Below are positions 1-9,636 of a stretch of 64,000 bases of DNA, in pieces. Below the pieces are notes generated by a model. It was not told the origin of the DNA. It did no database searches and saw only the letters and a program-made list of their open reading frames with translations. The stretch's first letter is position 1. Each line of letters begins with the position of its first letter. Source of the DNA: Chloropicon primus (Eukaryota); assembly GCA_023205875.1 (NCBI GenBank), contig CP060766.1:248001-312000 (forward strand). The letters are read 5' to 3'. The translations under genes were made by a program, and so were the position numbers.

Positions 1-263
1 TGGCGAGGGCGTGGGACTACTGTCACGGGCCCGTGGTTGCGGCACCAGCGATGAACACGAGAATGTGGACCCACCCGGTGACGAGCGATCACATAGAGAC
101 CCTCAAGAGGAGGGATAAGATCCGGATCGTGGACCCCGTCGTGAAGGCCCTGGCTTGCAAAGATGTCGGGGTGGGTGCGATGGCGCCGGCCGGAGACGTC
201 GCTGACGCTGCCCTCGACGCAATTCAAGAGGCAAGGGAGAGGCCCAAGAGCGACCAAAGGTAA
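1..263 (+). CDS. PPCDC: Phosphopantothenoylcysteine decarboxylase (HAL3/PPCDC flavoprotein), 3' part only
   Basis: Frame from base 3 reads ARAWDYCHGPVVAAPAMNTRMWTHP...KALACKDVGVGAMA: RAWD, PAMNxxMW and LACxDxGxGAM motifs. Truncated by the window start. Confidence 0.85.
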   Translation, partial: ARAWDYCHGPVVAAPAMNTRMWTHPVTSDHIETLKRRDKIRIVDPVVKALACKDVGVGAMAPAGDVADAALDAIQEARERPKSDQR

Positions 264-363
264 GAGGATGGGTGGGAGGTAATCACATTGCGTCGTTGTG
301 TGTGTATGGTATAATGTACTATAAACTTTTATTTTCTGTTGTAGCGTCGGACAGAAAATGCTA

Positions 364-2382
364 TTACTTGGTCCTGAACGACTTGGAGTCAGACCACAAG
401 AAGGAGCCATCTCCAAAAAGCGCTTTGACGCAGAAGATGTACTGCGTGTTTGGCCGCAGGCCCATGACCTTGAACCGCGTGTACTTGCCCTCGCAAATCT
501 CTTTCACTACACCAGTGTTCGTCGCCATCATCAGCTTGTACGACTTGATCCTCTCCAAGTTCTTCGCCGGTGGCCTCCAGACCACCTCAATCGTGTTGGA
601 CGTCGTCATCCCCGTGTCGATGAGCTCGAACTTGTCCTGGGAGTCTTCCTGGTTGTACTTTTGCTGGGAGTTCAGCCCTTGAATGTTCTGCGGCAAAGTG
701 ATGTCGACGATCTCTATCTCATCGAGGTGACCTTCCTGGTTCGCCTTGACACGGAACAGCTGGCTGCCGAAGAAAGTGCAATAGGACCGCACGGGTTTCT
801 GAAGCAGAAGCTCGGGCGTGCTCTCTTGGAGGCACTGCCACTCCAAACTCTGCAAGTCCAACACCCAGAGGTCCGTCAAGGTCTGTGTTCTGCCGCTGTC
901 CGTGATGGTCACGCCACCAGAGATGAACAAGTACTCTGAGCTCAGGGTGGCGGCATGGTCGTACCTAGCCTGGGGAGACCGCGCGCTCCCGACTTGGATG
1001 TTTGTCCACGTGAACGTCTCTATCTCCAAAACGTTCACTTCGTTTGAAGCGATCGTCCCGTTGGACCCGCCGAAGAGCCACATGTGCCTGCCGTCGTCGG
1101 TGCAGCACAGGGAGCATCCCTTCATAGGGGCAGGGACAGAACCCGATTGCTGGGGCTGGTGCCACTGCATGGTCTCGAAGTCCAGCATGAAGACGTCGTT
1201 GTGGTAAATGAGATCGTCGTTTTGCACGCCGGGGCCGTACAGGTTCCTGAAACCGCCCTTGGATGGAGAGAAGGACGTACCGCCAAACAGAATCAGTTTT
1301 TCCCTCGCAGGGCACGCGGCATGGCCTTCCCTAAGTCCACACTGGCCTTTGGTGATGAGCTCGCTCCATTTCATGGTATCGATGTTGAACACTCCCACAT
1401 TGTTGATGATCTGTATCGTTTGCCCCTCCTTCTCGTCCACCGTCGTCGTCTTTCCTCCGAGGACCACCACTTTGGTTGCACTGATGATACAGGAAGCGTG
1501 TCCGGCCCTCTTCCAGTTCGTGGTGGACGACATGTTGCCGAGCCGGGCAATTTTGGGCTTGACAACCTCCCACTTGTTGTTCTCCAGGTTGCACATCGAG
1601 ATTCCGTTCATGTCGTTCTGGCTGCCAGCGTAAACGAAGTCCCTCTTGTCCTCCCCCTCGGTCGCGTAGCCTCCTATGAGCACCAGAGACTTCCCAGCTA
1701 TGCAAGTGAGCGTGCTCTCCACGTTATCCATGGGCAGTTCGCCACGAAGCCTGTACTTGGAGTTCTTCACAAGCCAAGGCTCGCCAAAGAGGACCATGAA
1801 CTTGGTCTCACCCTCTGCCTTGAGCCTCAGCTCGTCGTTCTCCTTCTCGGTCTGCGCCAGCTTCAGGTGCACCTCCTCGAGGGTCTTCTGGGCCTTCTCG
1901 AGCTCGTCAGACAATTTGGTGACCGTGGTGTCCTGCTCTTTCAGCGTGCTCTCCAAGTTTGATATCTGGTCCTTGTACTTGGAGCTCTCCTTGAGAGTCT
2001 TCGAAGCGTTATCGATGTCCGCCTCGAGCTCGTCGATTTTGGTCCCCTTCTCCTCGAGGTCCTCCGACACGTTCTTCAGCCTGGTCTCCAAGTCGATGAT
2101 CCTGTCCTCCTTCTTCATGATCTCCTGCTGCTTGTGCTCCAGTATGTCAGCCGCATCGGAGATGGACGTCTCTTGAGCAACCTTGATGCTGTTCAAAGAA
2201 TCCGCAAGCGTGTTGTTCTCCTCCTTGTACTTCCTCGCCTTCTCCCTTGTCAGGGCAAGCTCCACCGTCAGGTTCTCCTTCTCAAGGTTCAGGGCCTTGA
2301 TCTCAGAGGCAGCCTTGTCCTCCGGGGCCTTGTCCCCACCCTTCTTGTCCTTCTTCTTGTCTCCTCCCTTCTTCTTCGCCAT
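364..2382 (-). CDS. Coiled-coil + Kelch beta-propeller + C-terminal FN3 protein
   Basis: Likely start MAKKKGG at 2382. About 190 aa of heptad coiled coil, then Kelch repeats (LIGG, VLGG, LFGG, ISGG...W), then FN3-like IEVVWRPP...GLRPNTQYIFCVKA. Confidence 0.8.
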   Translation of the reverse strand: MAKKKGGDKKKDKKGGDKAPEDKAASEIKALNLEKENLTVELALTREKARKYKEENNTLADSLNSIKVAQETSISDAADILEHKQQEIMKKEDRIIDLETRLKNVSEDLEEKGTKIDELEADIDNASKTLKESSKYKDQISNLESTLKEQDTTVTKLSDELEKAQKTLEEVHLKLAQTEKENDELRLKAEGETKFMVLFGEPWLVKNSKYRLRGELPMDNVESTLTCIAGKSLVLIGGYATEGEDKRDFVYAGSQNDMNGISMCNLENNKWEVVKPKIARLGNMSSTTNWKRAGHASCIISATKVVVLGGKTTTVDEKEGQTIQIINNVGVFNIDTMKWSELITKGQCGLREGHAACPAREKLILFGGTSFSPSKGGFRNLYGPGVQNDDLIYHNDVFMLDFETMQWHQPQQSGSVPAPMKGCSLCCTDDGRHMWLFGGSNGTIASNEVNVLEIETFTWTNIQVGSARSPQARYDHAATLSSEYLFISGGVTITDSGRTQTLTDLWVLDLQSLEWQCLQESTPELLLQKPVRSYCTFFGSQLFRVKANQEGHLDEIEIVDITLPQNIQGLNSQQKYNQEDSQDKFELIDTGMTTSNTIEVVWRPPAKNLERIKSYKLMMATNTGVVKEICEGKYTRFKVMGLRPNTQYIFCVKALFGDGSFLWSDSKSFRTK

Positions 2383-3395
2383 CTTGACAACCAGAAGCAA
2401 CCCAGCACCAAACCAATGGCTCTGTTCCAAAGTTCCAAATTCAAGGGCCTGAAAGTCAACGAGGCACTGGAGCTAATTGTAACTCAGCCTTCCCCTCTCA
2501 CGCTCTCTCCGTGTCCGTCAGCACTCACTCGGCTCGTCTCAACGAAGCAACTGGTCACTCCAGTCCCACCAGTGTGGACATCAGTAGGGACAAAGATTTG
2601 CACAAAAACCAGAGCGCCAAGGTCCCTCTCCCAGCTTGATAGGATGCGGCAAGGAGAGACAGAAACACGAATTAGATGGATGCGTTGGGGAAAATTACTC
2701 GAGCAAGTATCCACAAGCTCCCTCCTCTCCGTCCTCTCGTCACCCTCCCTCCTTCCTACTCTGCTCCCACAACTTGTCAAACTCTCTGTCCACCTCAACC
2801 TTTCCTCCTTCCAACTTGCTCCACACCGCGTCAAATGGCTCGAGTGAGAGGTCCTTGGAAAGGCAAAGACGCAATATTTCGTAATAACACAACAATGTCT
2901 CCCTTCCTCCCTCCTGCTCGCGACCCTCCTCGTCCAAAGACACTCACCTTGCCAAACCGCAAAGCTCAGGCTTGCTTTCCAAGGTTTTGGGTTTTGGGTC
3001 AAAACCAAGGCGAGGCGGATGCACCTCCAGGAGGGGGAGGACACATCGGAGTTTCCAGGGGCTTGTAAGGGCGGAGGTGGCGGAAGGAGAGGGAAGGAGG
3101 GAAAGAATCACGAAACTACGTCTCGAGATCTTTCGATTGGTACCTCGTTTGACCATTTTGGCGCCCGGAGTCCTCGACAGCTCCTTGATGAAGAGGATCT
3201 GAAGGTGTCGAAGCATCGAAGAGAGTGCTTTTGTCGAGGAGGGTGACGGCGGGGGAGAGGGGGGGAGGGCTCGAGCGGAGGATCAGTCGAGGGATCTTGT
3301 GCTGATCTTTCGAGCGACGTTTTCTGGACTCGTTTGGCGCTCGCCTGTGAGGAGAAAAAGGTCCGTGTTGGATCACTCAGAAGCTCGGGAGGAGG

Positions 3396-4262
3396 ATGGC
3401 GAACTTGCTGAACGTGGCGTTGCCCTCGAGTGACGAGGAGGACGATGACTACGACCCAACGGGGGACCTCGCGGAGGCCAAGAAGCGGGAGAAGGAGGAG
3501 CTCCTGAATGGCGGAAGGCAGGGCGGAGCCACCATGAAGAGGACGGGAGGCCTCGCGGAGCTGCCAGAGTTGAAGCAGTTGAGGGACACCCAGGGGGCGG
3601 TGGAGAAAGGGTCGGCGTTGGCGGGTGAAGCGGGTGGTGGTGCAGTGAATGAGAGCTGGAGGGAACTTTCCAAGAGGCGGAAGAGGGCGGGCAGGGTGGA
3701 CGAGGCCTGGAAACGCTTGAAGGCCGAGCCGTCTACTTCCAAGCCGGCGGCGAGCGAGGCGTCGTCCCTGAGCAACGGGAGCGAGAGGGACAAGAGGTCT
3801 TTTGCCGCCGATGCCATCAAGACGATGAAGGATGCTGCCAAGTTCGGGTTCAGGAGCAGCAGCGCCTTCACGGGCAAGAACGCGAAGAGGGTCCTGGTCA
3901 AGGAGACGAGGAACTTTGCGGGAAAGAACATAGAAGTGGAGACCGAGGTCGACGCCGCGAGCAAGCGGGGAGCAAAGGCCGTCGAGAAGTCTCGGGCGAC
4001 GGAGAAGAAGCGGGGCCTCGACTACGTCCTCCACCTCCTGGACAGCAAGAGGAAGTTGAACATCATAGACAAGTCCAAGCTCGACTGGAAGGCGTACAAG
4101 AGAGAAAACAAGCAGGTGCAAGAGGAGCTCAACGATTACGCAAAGGGGGGCGAAAGGTACACGGAGAAGCAGGACTTCTTGAAGAGGGCGGAGATCAGGG
4201 AGTACGAGATCGAGAGGGACACGAGGCTCGCCGCCTCCACCAGAAACCGAGGAAGGCTCTAA
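3396..4262 (+). CDS. SWC5: BCNT/CFDP1 (SWC5) family SWR1 complex subunit
   Basis: Acidic N-terminal SSDEEDDDYDP; BCNT-C motif KLNIIDKSKLDW...YTEKQDFLKRAEIREYE. Confidence 0.85.
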   Translation: MANLLNVALPSSDEEDDDYDPTGDLAEAKKREKEELLNGGRQGGATMKRTGGLAELPELKQLRDTQGAVEKGSALAGEAGGGAVNESWRELSKRRKRAGRVDEAWKRLKAEPSTSKPAASEASSLSNGSERDKRSFAADAIKTMKDAAKFGFRSSSAFTGKNAKRVLVKETRNFAGKNIEVETEVDAASKRGAKAVEKSRATEKKRGLDYVLHLLDSKRKLNIIDKSKLDWKAYKRENKQVQEELNDYAKGGERYTEKQDFLKRAEIREYEIERDTRLAASTRNRGRL

Positions 4263-4388
4263 CGCTCTGAAGCTCTTTTGGTGAAACAAACAAACAAACA
4301 AATCACGATCGTTTTTACGACTCCGCCTTTCACGACGTGTCGTCGTCCTCGTCCTCGTCCTCATCCAGCCGCTACTGGTCCGACCTAC

Positions 4389-5030
4389 CTACTGGAGAGA
4401 CTCGTCGATGCTTTGAAGCTTGCTCAGGACGCTCTCTCGGACGTCTTCCGTCAGCCTGGAGTTGGGCCCGTTCGCCCTGTAAAAGTTTCCCAGCTCCTGA
4501 AACGTGTCCTTGAGAGAGATGAAGCTCTCGTCGCCATTCACCCGCGCATCCGAGTCATACTTTGTCAGCAGCTCCCTGTAATACCCTTTGACAGGATCCC
4601 CGCTCTTCCTGATCTCCGAAAGGGACGCTCCGCTCTCCTCAAGCTCTACCGTCTTTCGTATCGTTTTCGTGATCTCCCTCGCAAGTTTATCGTAAGCCTT
4701 TGGCCTCTGCGCATTCCCCTCCGCCAATGCCTCTCCAGGGACAAGATCCCAGCCAACGGATGAAGCGAAGAAACCTAGGGATGCCGCCGAGAAGAAACAC
4801 CTCCTGCTCGATGACGCAGCAACATCATCAACGTGGTCATCGTGATGATGATGTTGTTGTTGTTGTTGTTGTTGTTGATGATAAACACCAGCACGACCTT
4901 CGAGCTCACTGGTGGTTTCCGTTTCGAGACCATCGCGACGCCTCCTCCAGAGATCGATGACGCGTCCAAGACTCCGCTGACTTCCTGCTTGTGCCTTCGC
5001 CATCGCAGGGAGCCGTCTGCTGTGACGCAT
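4389..5030 (-). CDS. Psb27 family photosystem II assembly factor (Psb27-H2/LPA19-like), lumen-targeted
   Basis: Bipartite transit with twin-Arg (SSSRRCFF...GEALA). Mature part has SFISLKDTFQELGNFYRANGPNSRL, resembling Psb27. Start codon uncertain. Poly-Q/H from a CAA/CAT tract. Confidence 0.7.
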   Translation of the reverse strand: MRHSRRLPAMAKAQAGSQRSLGRVIDLWRRRRDGLETETTSELEGRAGVYHQQQQQQQQHHHHDDHVDDVAASSSRRCFFSAASLGFFASSVGWDLVPGEALAEGNAQRPKAYDKLAREITKTIRKTVELEESGASLSEIRKSGDPVKGYYRELLTKYDSDARVNGDESFISLKDTFQELGNFYRANGPNSRLTEDVRESVLSKLQSIDESLQ

Positions 5031-5284
5031 CAGCTCTAGGTTCCTCATCCTCTTCCCTGGTGTTTGATTTGATTTCTTCTTCACACCAAACGCTTTGTTG
5101 GACTCGTGATGCCAAACGGGTCAAGAGAGGGATGGATGGAAAGACAACGCGTTTCGATCTCCGTTGTCCCCCTATCGAATCCCTTCGATGCTCACGCTTG
5201 TCGTCCACTTCCCTTCCTCGTCGCAAAGCCGTCTGCTGCTTCTCTGGCTCCTCTGGAGAGATTTTCTTAGGGGTCAATCAATCC

Positions 5285-5620
5285 ATCCAATCCATCCATC
5301 TCTCGTCTGCGTCTTCCTGTCGCTCTGTTTCTCCAATCGATGCAAGGGACGGCGCAATCGAAAGCCAAGAAGACGAGGCTTCTACCTGTTGCCCTCACCA
5401 CTCCCTCACTCTTGGCCTTGACCTCATCCTTCCACCTCAAAGTGTGCGTTGTTTCCTCCTCATCTCTCATCTCTCATCAATCCAATCCATCCATCTCTCG
5501 TCTGCGTCTTCCTGTCGCTCTGTTTCTCCAATCGATGCAAGGGACGGCGCAATCGAAAGCCAAGAAGACGAGGCTTCTACCTGTTGCCCTCACCACTCCC
5601 TCACTCTTGGCCTTGACCTC
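5285..5620. repeat. Direct duplication, about 141 bp at 5285-5425 and 5480-5620, offset 195
   Basis: ATCCAATCCATCCATCTCTCG...GGCCTTGACCTC occurs twice, essentially identical. Confidence 0.95.
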
Positions 5621-5914
5621 CCCATTGTCTGTCAAAGTCTGTGACTTTGTCCAAGTTTCCTCCCCAAAGCCAAAGACCGCCAAAGGAGATCTCAGTGGTG
5701 GACAGGGACAGCGCAAGTTCAAAGGCCGGGGAGGTCAAGGCCGAAGAGGCATTCGGCGGAGGAGGCCCAAGCAGAGCAAAGCAGACCAGGAGCGGAGGTC
5801 TTGCACACCTGCATCACCTGCATCACCAGCTTCACTGCCAGTGGTTGCCAAGTCAATTGGTTTTTCCAGAGAGGAGAAGAGCTTGGTGTGCGCTTGGTTT
5901 GTGTGTGAAGAGTC

Positions 5915-7339
5915 ATGGCACCTAACGCCGTGAGTGAGTTGAGGAACAGGGGAGGGAAGGATCAAGCGGTGGAGGACGAGGGTAGGAAGGGTGCGAGCAA
6001 CACAAGCTTCACCGTGGAGGAGGTGAGGAAGCACAATACCTCCAAAGATTTGTGGTTTATCATTCAAGGACAGGTCTACGACGTCACGAAGTTTGTGCCA
6101 AGGCACCCAGGAGGAAGCATTATCTTCGTCAAGCCAGGTGGGGACGTCACTCAGCTGTTTTACTCGTACCATCCGGATTACGTGCACAAGTTGCTCGACA
6201 AGTTTCACATCGGGAAGGTCAAGGACTCCGAGAAGACGATTAGGTACGAGGAAGATGACTGCGAGTTCTTCAAGGCCTGCAGAAGCAAGGTGAGCAAGTA
6301 CTTCAAGCAGAACAACCTTGACCCTCGGACCGCGGTCTCGATGTACGTCAAGACTGCCGTGATCTTGGCCACCCTCGTGGTGTCTTACTTGGCCACGTTC
6401 TACTGGACCTCCAGCTTCGTTTTGGCCTTGCTCTTTGGTGTGGTGTTCGGGACCATGAAGGCGGAGGTCGGCGTCTCCATCCAACACGACGCAAACCATG
6501 GGGCTTACCACAAGAATGGCGGTGTGGGCGACTGGATGGGGACCACGCTCGACCTTGTGGGCGCCTCGAGCTTCATGTGGAAGCAGCAGCACGTCGTGGG
6601 CCACCACGCTTACACGAACGTCGTGAACGAGGACCCTGACATAAGAGTAGGCGACAAGGACATGAGAAGGTGCGAGGAGTCTCAGCCGTGGTGGTCGATT
6701 CACAGGTACCAGCATTACTACCTTGGATTCCTTTACGGACTTCTCTCGATTAAGAGCACGCTCTTGGACGACTTCAGCGCGCTTACGAGCGGCAAGATTG
6801 GAGCGGTAGAGGTTTCCAAGTTCACGCGGAGAGAGTTCCTTGTCTTCTGGAGCTCCAAAGTTTTCTACTACACTTACTGGTTCGTGCTTCCTTCCCTCTT
6901 CAGCGACTTTGCCTTGGGCAAGCTTGCTTTGATTTGGTTCTGCTCGGAGGCCGTCACCGGGTGGTTGCTCGCGTTCATGTTCCAAGTCGCTCACGTGTCG
7001 GAGGACTTGTCCTTCTATCACAAGGACGAGAAGAACGCGATCAAGGAAAGCTGGGCGGTGACCCAGGTGAAGACTACTGCTGATTTCAGTCACGATTCCT
7101 TCTTCTGGACCCACTTCAGCGGCGGTCTGAACTACCAGACCGTGCACCACTTGTTCCCGGGGGTGTGCCACTGTCACTACCCACAGATCGCGCCGATCAT
7201 CTTGGAAACTTGCAAGGAGTTTGGCATCAAGTACAACGTGTACAAGACCTTCTGGCAGGCCCTTCAAGGTCACTTCAAACACTTGCAGAGAGTCGGGAGT
7301 CAGGAGCCACTGTTCCCTTCCTTGGCCACAGTCGGTTAG
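5915..7339 (+). CDS. Cytochrome b5-fused front-end fatty acid desaturase (delta5/delta4-like)
   Basis: HPGG heme motif; His boxes HDANH, QHVVGHH and QTVHHLFP. Confidence 0.92.
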   Translation: MAPNAVSELRNRGGKDQAVEDEGRKGASNTSFTVEEVRKHNTSKDLWFIIQGQVYDVTKFVPRHPGGSIIFVKPGGDVTQLFYSYHPDYVHKLLDKFHIGKVKDSEKTIRYEEDDCEFFKACRSKVSKYFKQNNLDPRTAVSMYVKTAVILATLVVSYLATFYWTSSFVLALLFGVVFGTMKAEVGVSIQHDANHGAYHKNGGVGDWMGTTLDLVGASSFMWKQQHVVGHHAYTNVVNEDPDIRVGDKDMRRCEESQPWWSIHRYQHYYLGFLYGLLSIKSTLLDDFSALTSGKIGAVEVSKFTRREFLVFWSSKVFYYTYWFVLPSLFSDFALGKLALIWFCSEAVTGWLLAFMFQVAHVSEDLSFYHKDEKNAIKESWAVTQVKTTADFSHDSFFWTHFSGGLNYQTVHHLFPGVCHCHYPQIAPIILETCKEFGIKYNVYKTFWQALQGHFKHLQRVGSQEPLFPSLATVG

Positions 7340-7631
7340 AGGATGAAGGCCGACGCTCCGACGGCCGACGCTAATTAGAACAACTCGGAAGTAAAGACTC
7401 GTTCATTCTTTTTTTGTAGGTATATACGTAGGCAGGTGTCAACAAAAGTGGAAGAATTATGGTTGGTTTATTCCAAGCATGTTTCGAGTTTTATAAGCGA
7501 GCCAAGTGGTTTGTCTTCTCTGATGTACATGATGTTTTTGTCTAGCATTGGCAGCAACTCCTGGGTGAAAAAGAATAAAACGGCGAGCGTGTGCTGGAGG
7601 TTGACTCTGAGAACCCTTCGAGGCGAGTGCT

Positions 7632-8807
7632 CTATTCTTCGAGGGACTCCATGATCATCTTCGGATCGTTCTCGCTGATGGACCCCGTGATCGACCTCCT
7701 CCTTGGCCTCACGTTCAATTTTCTGGTTGCCTCGTTGACCACAGTGACCCCGCTGCCCACGAACTGAGACCTGAAAGACTCGAGGAGGATGCCATCGGTG
7801 ATGCGGTCTCCCAGAATTTCACACAACTGGTTCAGAAGGTCTTCGTCGTCCTTGGTAAACGCAGAGTTGGTCGCCTTGTTGATCAGCTGGATGACAGCAA
7901 CGCATTCCCTCTCCTTGTCCTTCCCTTCGCCGGTGGCGTGGGTCGTCACCGGGGCGCAAAGTATGCTTCGAGTCGTGTACCCTGTCTGCGTGTCCACCTC
8001 ACTGTTAAACCGTGGATCATCGTAAGCGTTCTGGATGTTGATGGTCTTGCAACCGGTGGCGACGGCTCCCACCACACCGCTGTTCAGGGGGAGCTTAATT
8101 TGCTTCCCGCTGTCCGTCGAGGCGCTCCAAAGGATCTCCCTGGGCTTGTCCACGACATACATGGTGCACTTCTCCGCCCTAAAGAGCTCCTGAGACCTCC
8201 TGCTCACGGTGAACAGGAAGCTGTTCGCGGCCTCGTCGTTCGCCGTGCCCACGGCTTTGATGATATCAAGCAAAGCCCTGCACTGGATCTCGTTGTTCAC
8301 CTCCTGCTTGTGCAGCAGGTAAGTCTTCAGCAAGAGCTCTCCGAGGTAAGAGAAACTCTCCGCGTCCTCCAGGCACTGGTTCTGGAACTTGGTACCTTCC
8401 AACTTGTTCTTGAAACACATGAGACAAGTGCTGTTCTCCTCGCTATCCGAAGCCGGGACCACTAGCAGGGTCTTCACTTCCTTGTCGAGCTCAAGATTCA
8501 GGCTGGAAGCTTCCTCCCTAGAGTTCAGCAGCAGTGGACCATTCTTGAACGCATACTCAAACAGCTCCCCTATCTCTCCCTTCTCGACCTCCTCGTAACT
8601 CGGTTGGTCATCCCCATTTCTATACTTCACAATGAGATACTTTCCGGTCTCCTCGTTCAGCATGCACGCCGAAGTGTTCTCGCAACCTATCAGCTTGCTC
8701 GTTGACTTGAACAGCTCATGCACGGCATCTTCTGGGTTACGTATCGAGCAAATGTAACGAAAGTGCTCGTGAAAGCCAGTGTCTGGCTTGGAGAACCCGC
8801 ACCCCAT
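7632..8807 (-). CDS. Tandem GAF domain protein with N-terminal acylation motif
   Basis: MGCGFS N-terminus. PDE-type GAF signature AYDDPRFNSEVDTQTGYTTRSILCAPV...VIQLINK...FTKDDE, preceded by a degenerate GAF (CFKNK...F). Confidence 0.85.
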   Translation of the reverse strand: MGCGFSKPDTGFHEHFRYICSIRNPEDAVHELFKSTSKLIGCENTSACMLNEETGKYLIVKYRNGDDQPSYEEVEKGEIGELFEYAFKNGPLLLNSREEASSLNLELDKEVKTLLVVPASDSEENSTCLMCFKNKLEGTKFQNQCLEDAESFSYLGELLLKTYLLHKQEVNNEIQCRALLDIIKAVGTANDEAANSFLFTVSRRSQELFRAEKCTMYVVDKPREILWSASTDSGKQIKLPLNSGVVGAVATGCKTINIQNAYDDPRFNSEVDTQTGYTTRSILCAPVTTHATGEGKDKERECVAVIQLINKATNSAFTKDDEDLLNQLCEILGDRITDGILLESFRSQFVGSGVTVVNEATRKLNVRPRRRSITGSISENDPKMIMESLEE

Positions 8808-9214
8808 CTTGACAACAGCTGCGTGTGTTGAACGAGCACAACGTCACTCTCTAACTCAACCTCCTTTTGCCGCAACAATTCCCAAGTCAAACACCTCCGC
8901 TTCTTACTGTCCTACGTCACTCCTATGGCTGCTAGGCATCTGATTCACCTCTGAGAAAGGGCCAAGGGATTCGTCTACAAGTTCTGTTCTGGACACGAGA
9001 GCTAGTTGGCCATGGGGGTTTGAACTCAAACCCAATCCTCTTGTAAGGGACAGAACCTTGGCGCTTTGTCCTGTGTCAGTTACCTCCACTCCACCAGGGC
9101 CAGAGTGAGTGAGAGAGAGAGACCTATGGACAGACTAGCCTTGGGATCACTGCACCATGAAGCAGCGAAGAGAAGCCAAAGCAAAGAGAGGCCAACCGAA
9201 GAGGCAAGAACAAC

Positions 9215-9350
9215 CAAGGACTTGATTAGGGAAATCGTATTCCAAGCCCAAAGGAGAAGTCTTCTTCGTTGACAGAAGTCCAGGCTTCTTGACTCGGAAC
9301 ACCGTCCTGATCAAGGACTTGATTAGGGAAATCGTGTCAAGCCCAAAGGA
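9215..9350. repeat. About 40 bp imperfect direct repeat (9215-9255 and 9312-9350)
   Basis: CAAGGACTTGATTAGGGAAATCGT...CAAGCCCAAAGGA occurs twice. Confidence 0.85.
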
Positions 9351-9636
9351 CAAGGGGGACGTCTTGCACGGAACAAAAGCTTGGCCTTTCCTCTATTCTT
9401 CTTTTATTCTTCTTTTGCTCCCCTGATGCTCCCCTCTAAGTTGTCAGGAGGAGGACCTGACAAAGGCGGCTTTAAAGAAGTCAACCACGGAGGATCAAAC
9501 ACGTGAAGGGTGGAGGGCATTGGTGGCTCGGTCAGTTACCGCTTGATCCGTCGTTACTGTTACTTCTAAAAAAACTTGTTCCGTTGTTTGGGAAACCAGC
9601 TGGGGCGTTGGAGATGAATTAATAACAAAGATTAAT

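Noticed and set aside
2484..3376. Several short overlapping ORFs between the Kelch gene and SWC5
   Set aside because: No motifs or codon bias; likely UTR or promoter DNA.
5735..7282. 515-aa antisense ORF over the desaturase (similar cases at 3108-4364 and 36849-38183)
   Set aside because: Antisense shadows of well-supported genes.
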